From UHGV virus genome UHGV-1841366: 54,360 nt of DNA; one strand, written 5' to 3'. The notes under the pieces are model-generated. The model did no database searches. It saw only the letters and a list, made by a program, of their open reading frames with translations, and was not told where the DNA came from. Positions 54,285-54,360 of the stretch are shown here, in pieces (the stretch's first letter is position 1; each line of letters starts with the position of its first letter). The position numbers and the translations under genes were made by a program. Source of the stretch: a virus.

Positions 54285-54360
54285 GCCGGTTTAGCTCAGT
54301 TGGTAGAGCAGTCGCTTTGTAAGCGAATGGCCAGCGGTTCAAGTCCGTTAACCGGCACCA
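54285..54360 (+). tRNA. tRNA-Thr (anticodon TGT)
   Basis: Acceptor GCCGGTT/AACCGGC, D-arm TAGCTCAGTTGGTAGAGC, anticodon loop TTTGTAA, T-loop TTCAAGT, encoded CCA; 76 nt fits standard numbering; ends exactly at the window edge. Confidence 0.7.

Noticed and set aside
1-54360. CRISPR array
   Set aside because: No series of 24-48-bp direct repeats separated by unique spacers was seen; the only periodic repeats are contiguous 22-bp iteron-like units and protein-coding tandem repeats.
1-54360. Integrase, recombinase or transposase gene
   Set aside because: No ORF showed a tyrosine-recombinase, serine-recombinase or DDE transposase signature on reading the translations; this is absence by eye, not a profile search.

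Overview
The window reads as a near-complete, densely coded genome of a tailed phage with a lambda-like tail module, and it has several plasmid-like features. Those are a ParA/ParG-type partition pair, two toxin-antitoxin modules (RelBE-like and AtaRT/TacAT-like), iteron-like 22-bp repeat arrays, and no recognisable integrase, so a phage-plasmid lifestyle is my working inference. Layout on the + strand: an early/accessory region (1-7.8 kb) with short hypothetical genes, a RelBE module and an unusual ~750-bp A+C-rich non-coding stretch; an AT-rich minus-strand accessory operon (8.4-15.8 kb) with an SF2 helicase, an HNH nuclease and a lipoprotein; then a four-gene cassette (two ParB/Srx-domain proteins, a small ABC-type ATPase, a GNAT-motif protein) directly upstream of the packaging genes. 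After that come TerS/TerL, portal, scaffold, capsid, an Ig-like decoration protein, lambda-like tail genes (V, G, T, H, M, L, K, I, J equivalents), side tail fibre and assembly protein, a lysis cassette with embedded spanins, the AtaRT-like pair, parA/parG, a DnaB-like helicase and primase, and three tRNAs (Asn, Tyr, Thr) ending exactly at the window edge. The candidates I rate highest for novelty are the ParB-ParB-ABC-GNAT cassette and the AT-rich island with a duplicated domain fused to HNH. Notable non-coding structure includes a recurring AAACAA-N-TTGTTT palindrome, a GATAAGTAAGTA-type motif family, three copies of a ~55-bp hairpin, and about tenfold over-representation of co-oriented Chi octamers. 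All functional calls come from reading motifs and gene order by eye; no database search was run, and family assignments from remembered sequences are flagged as such.
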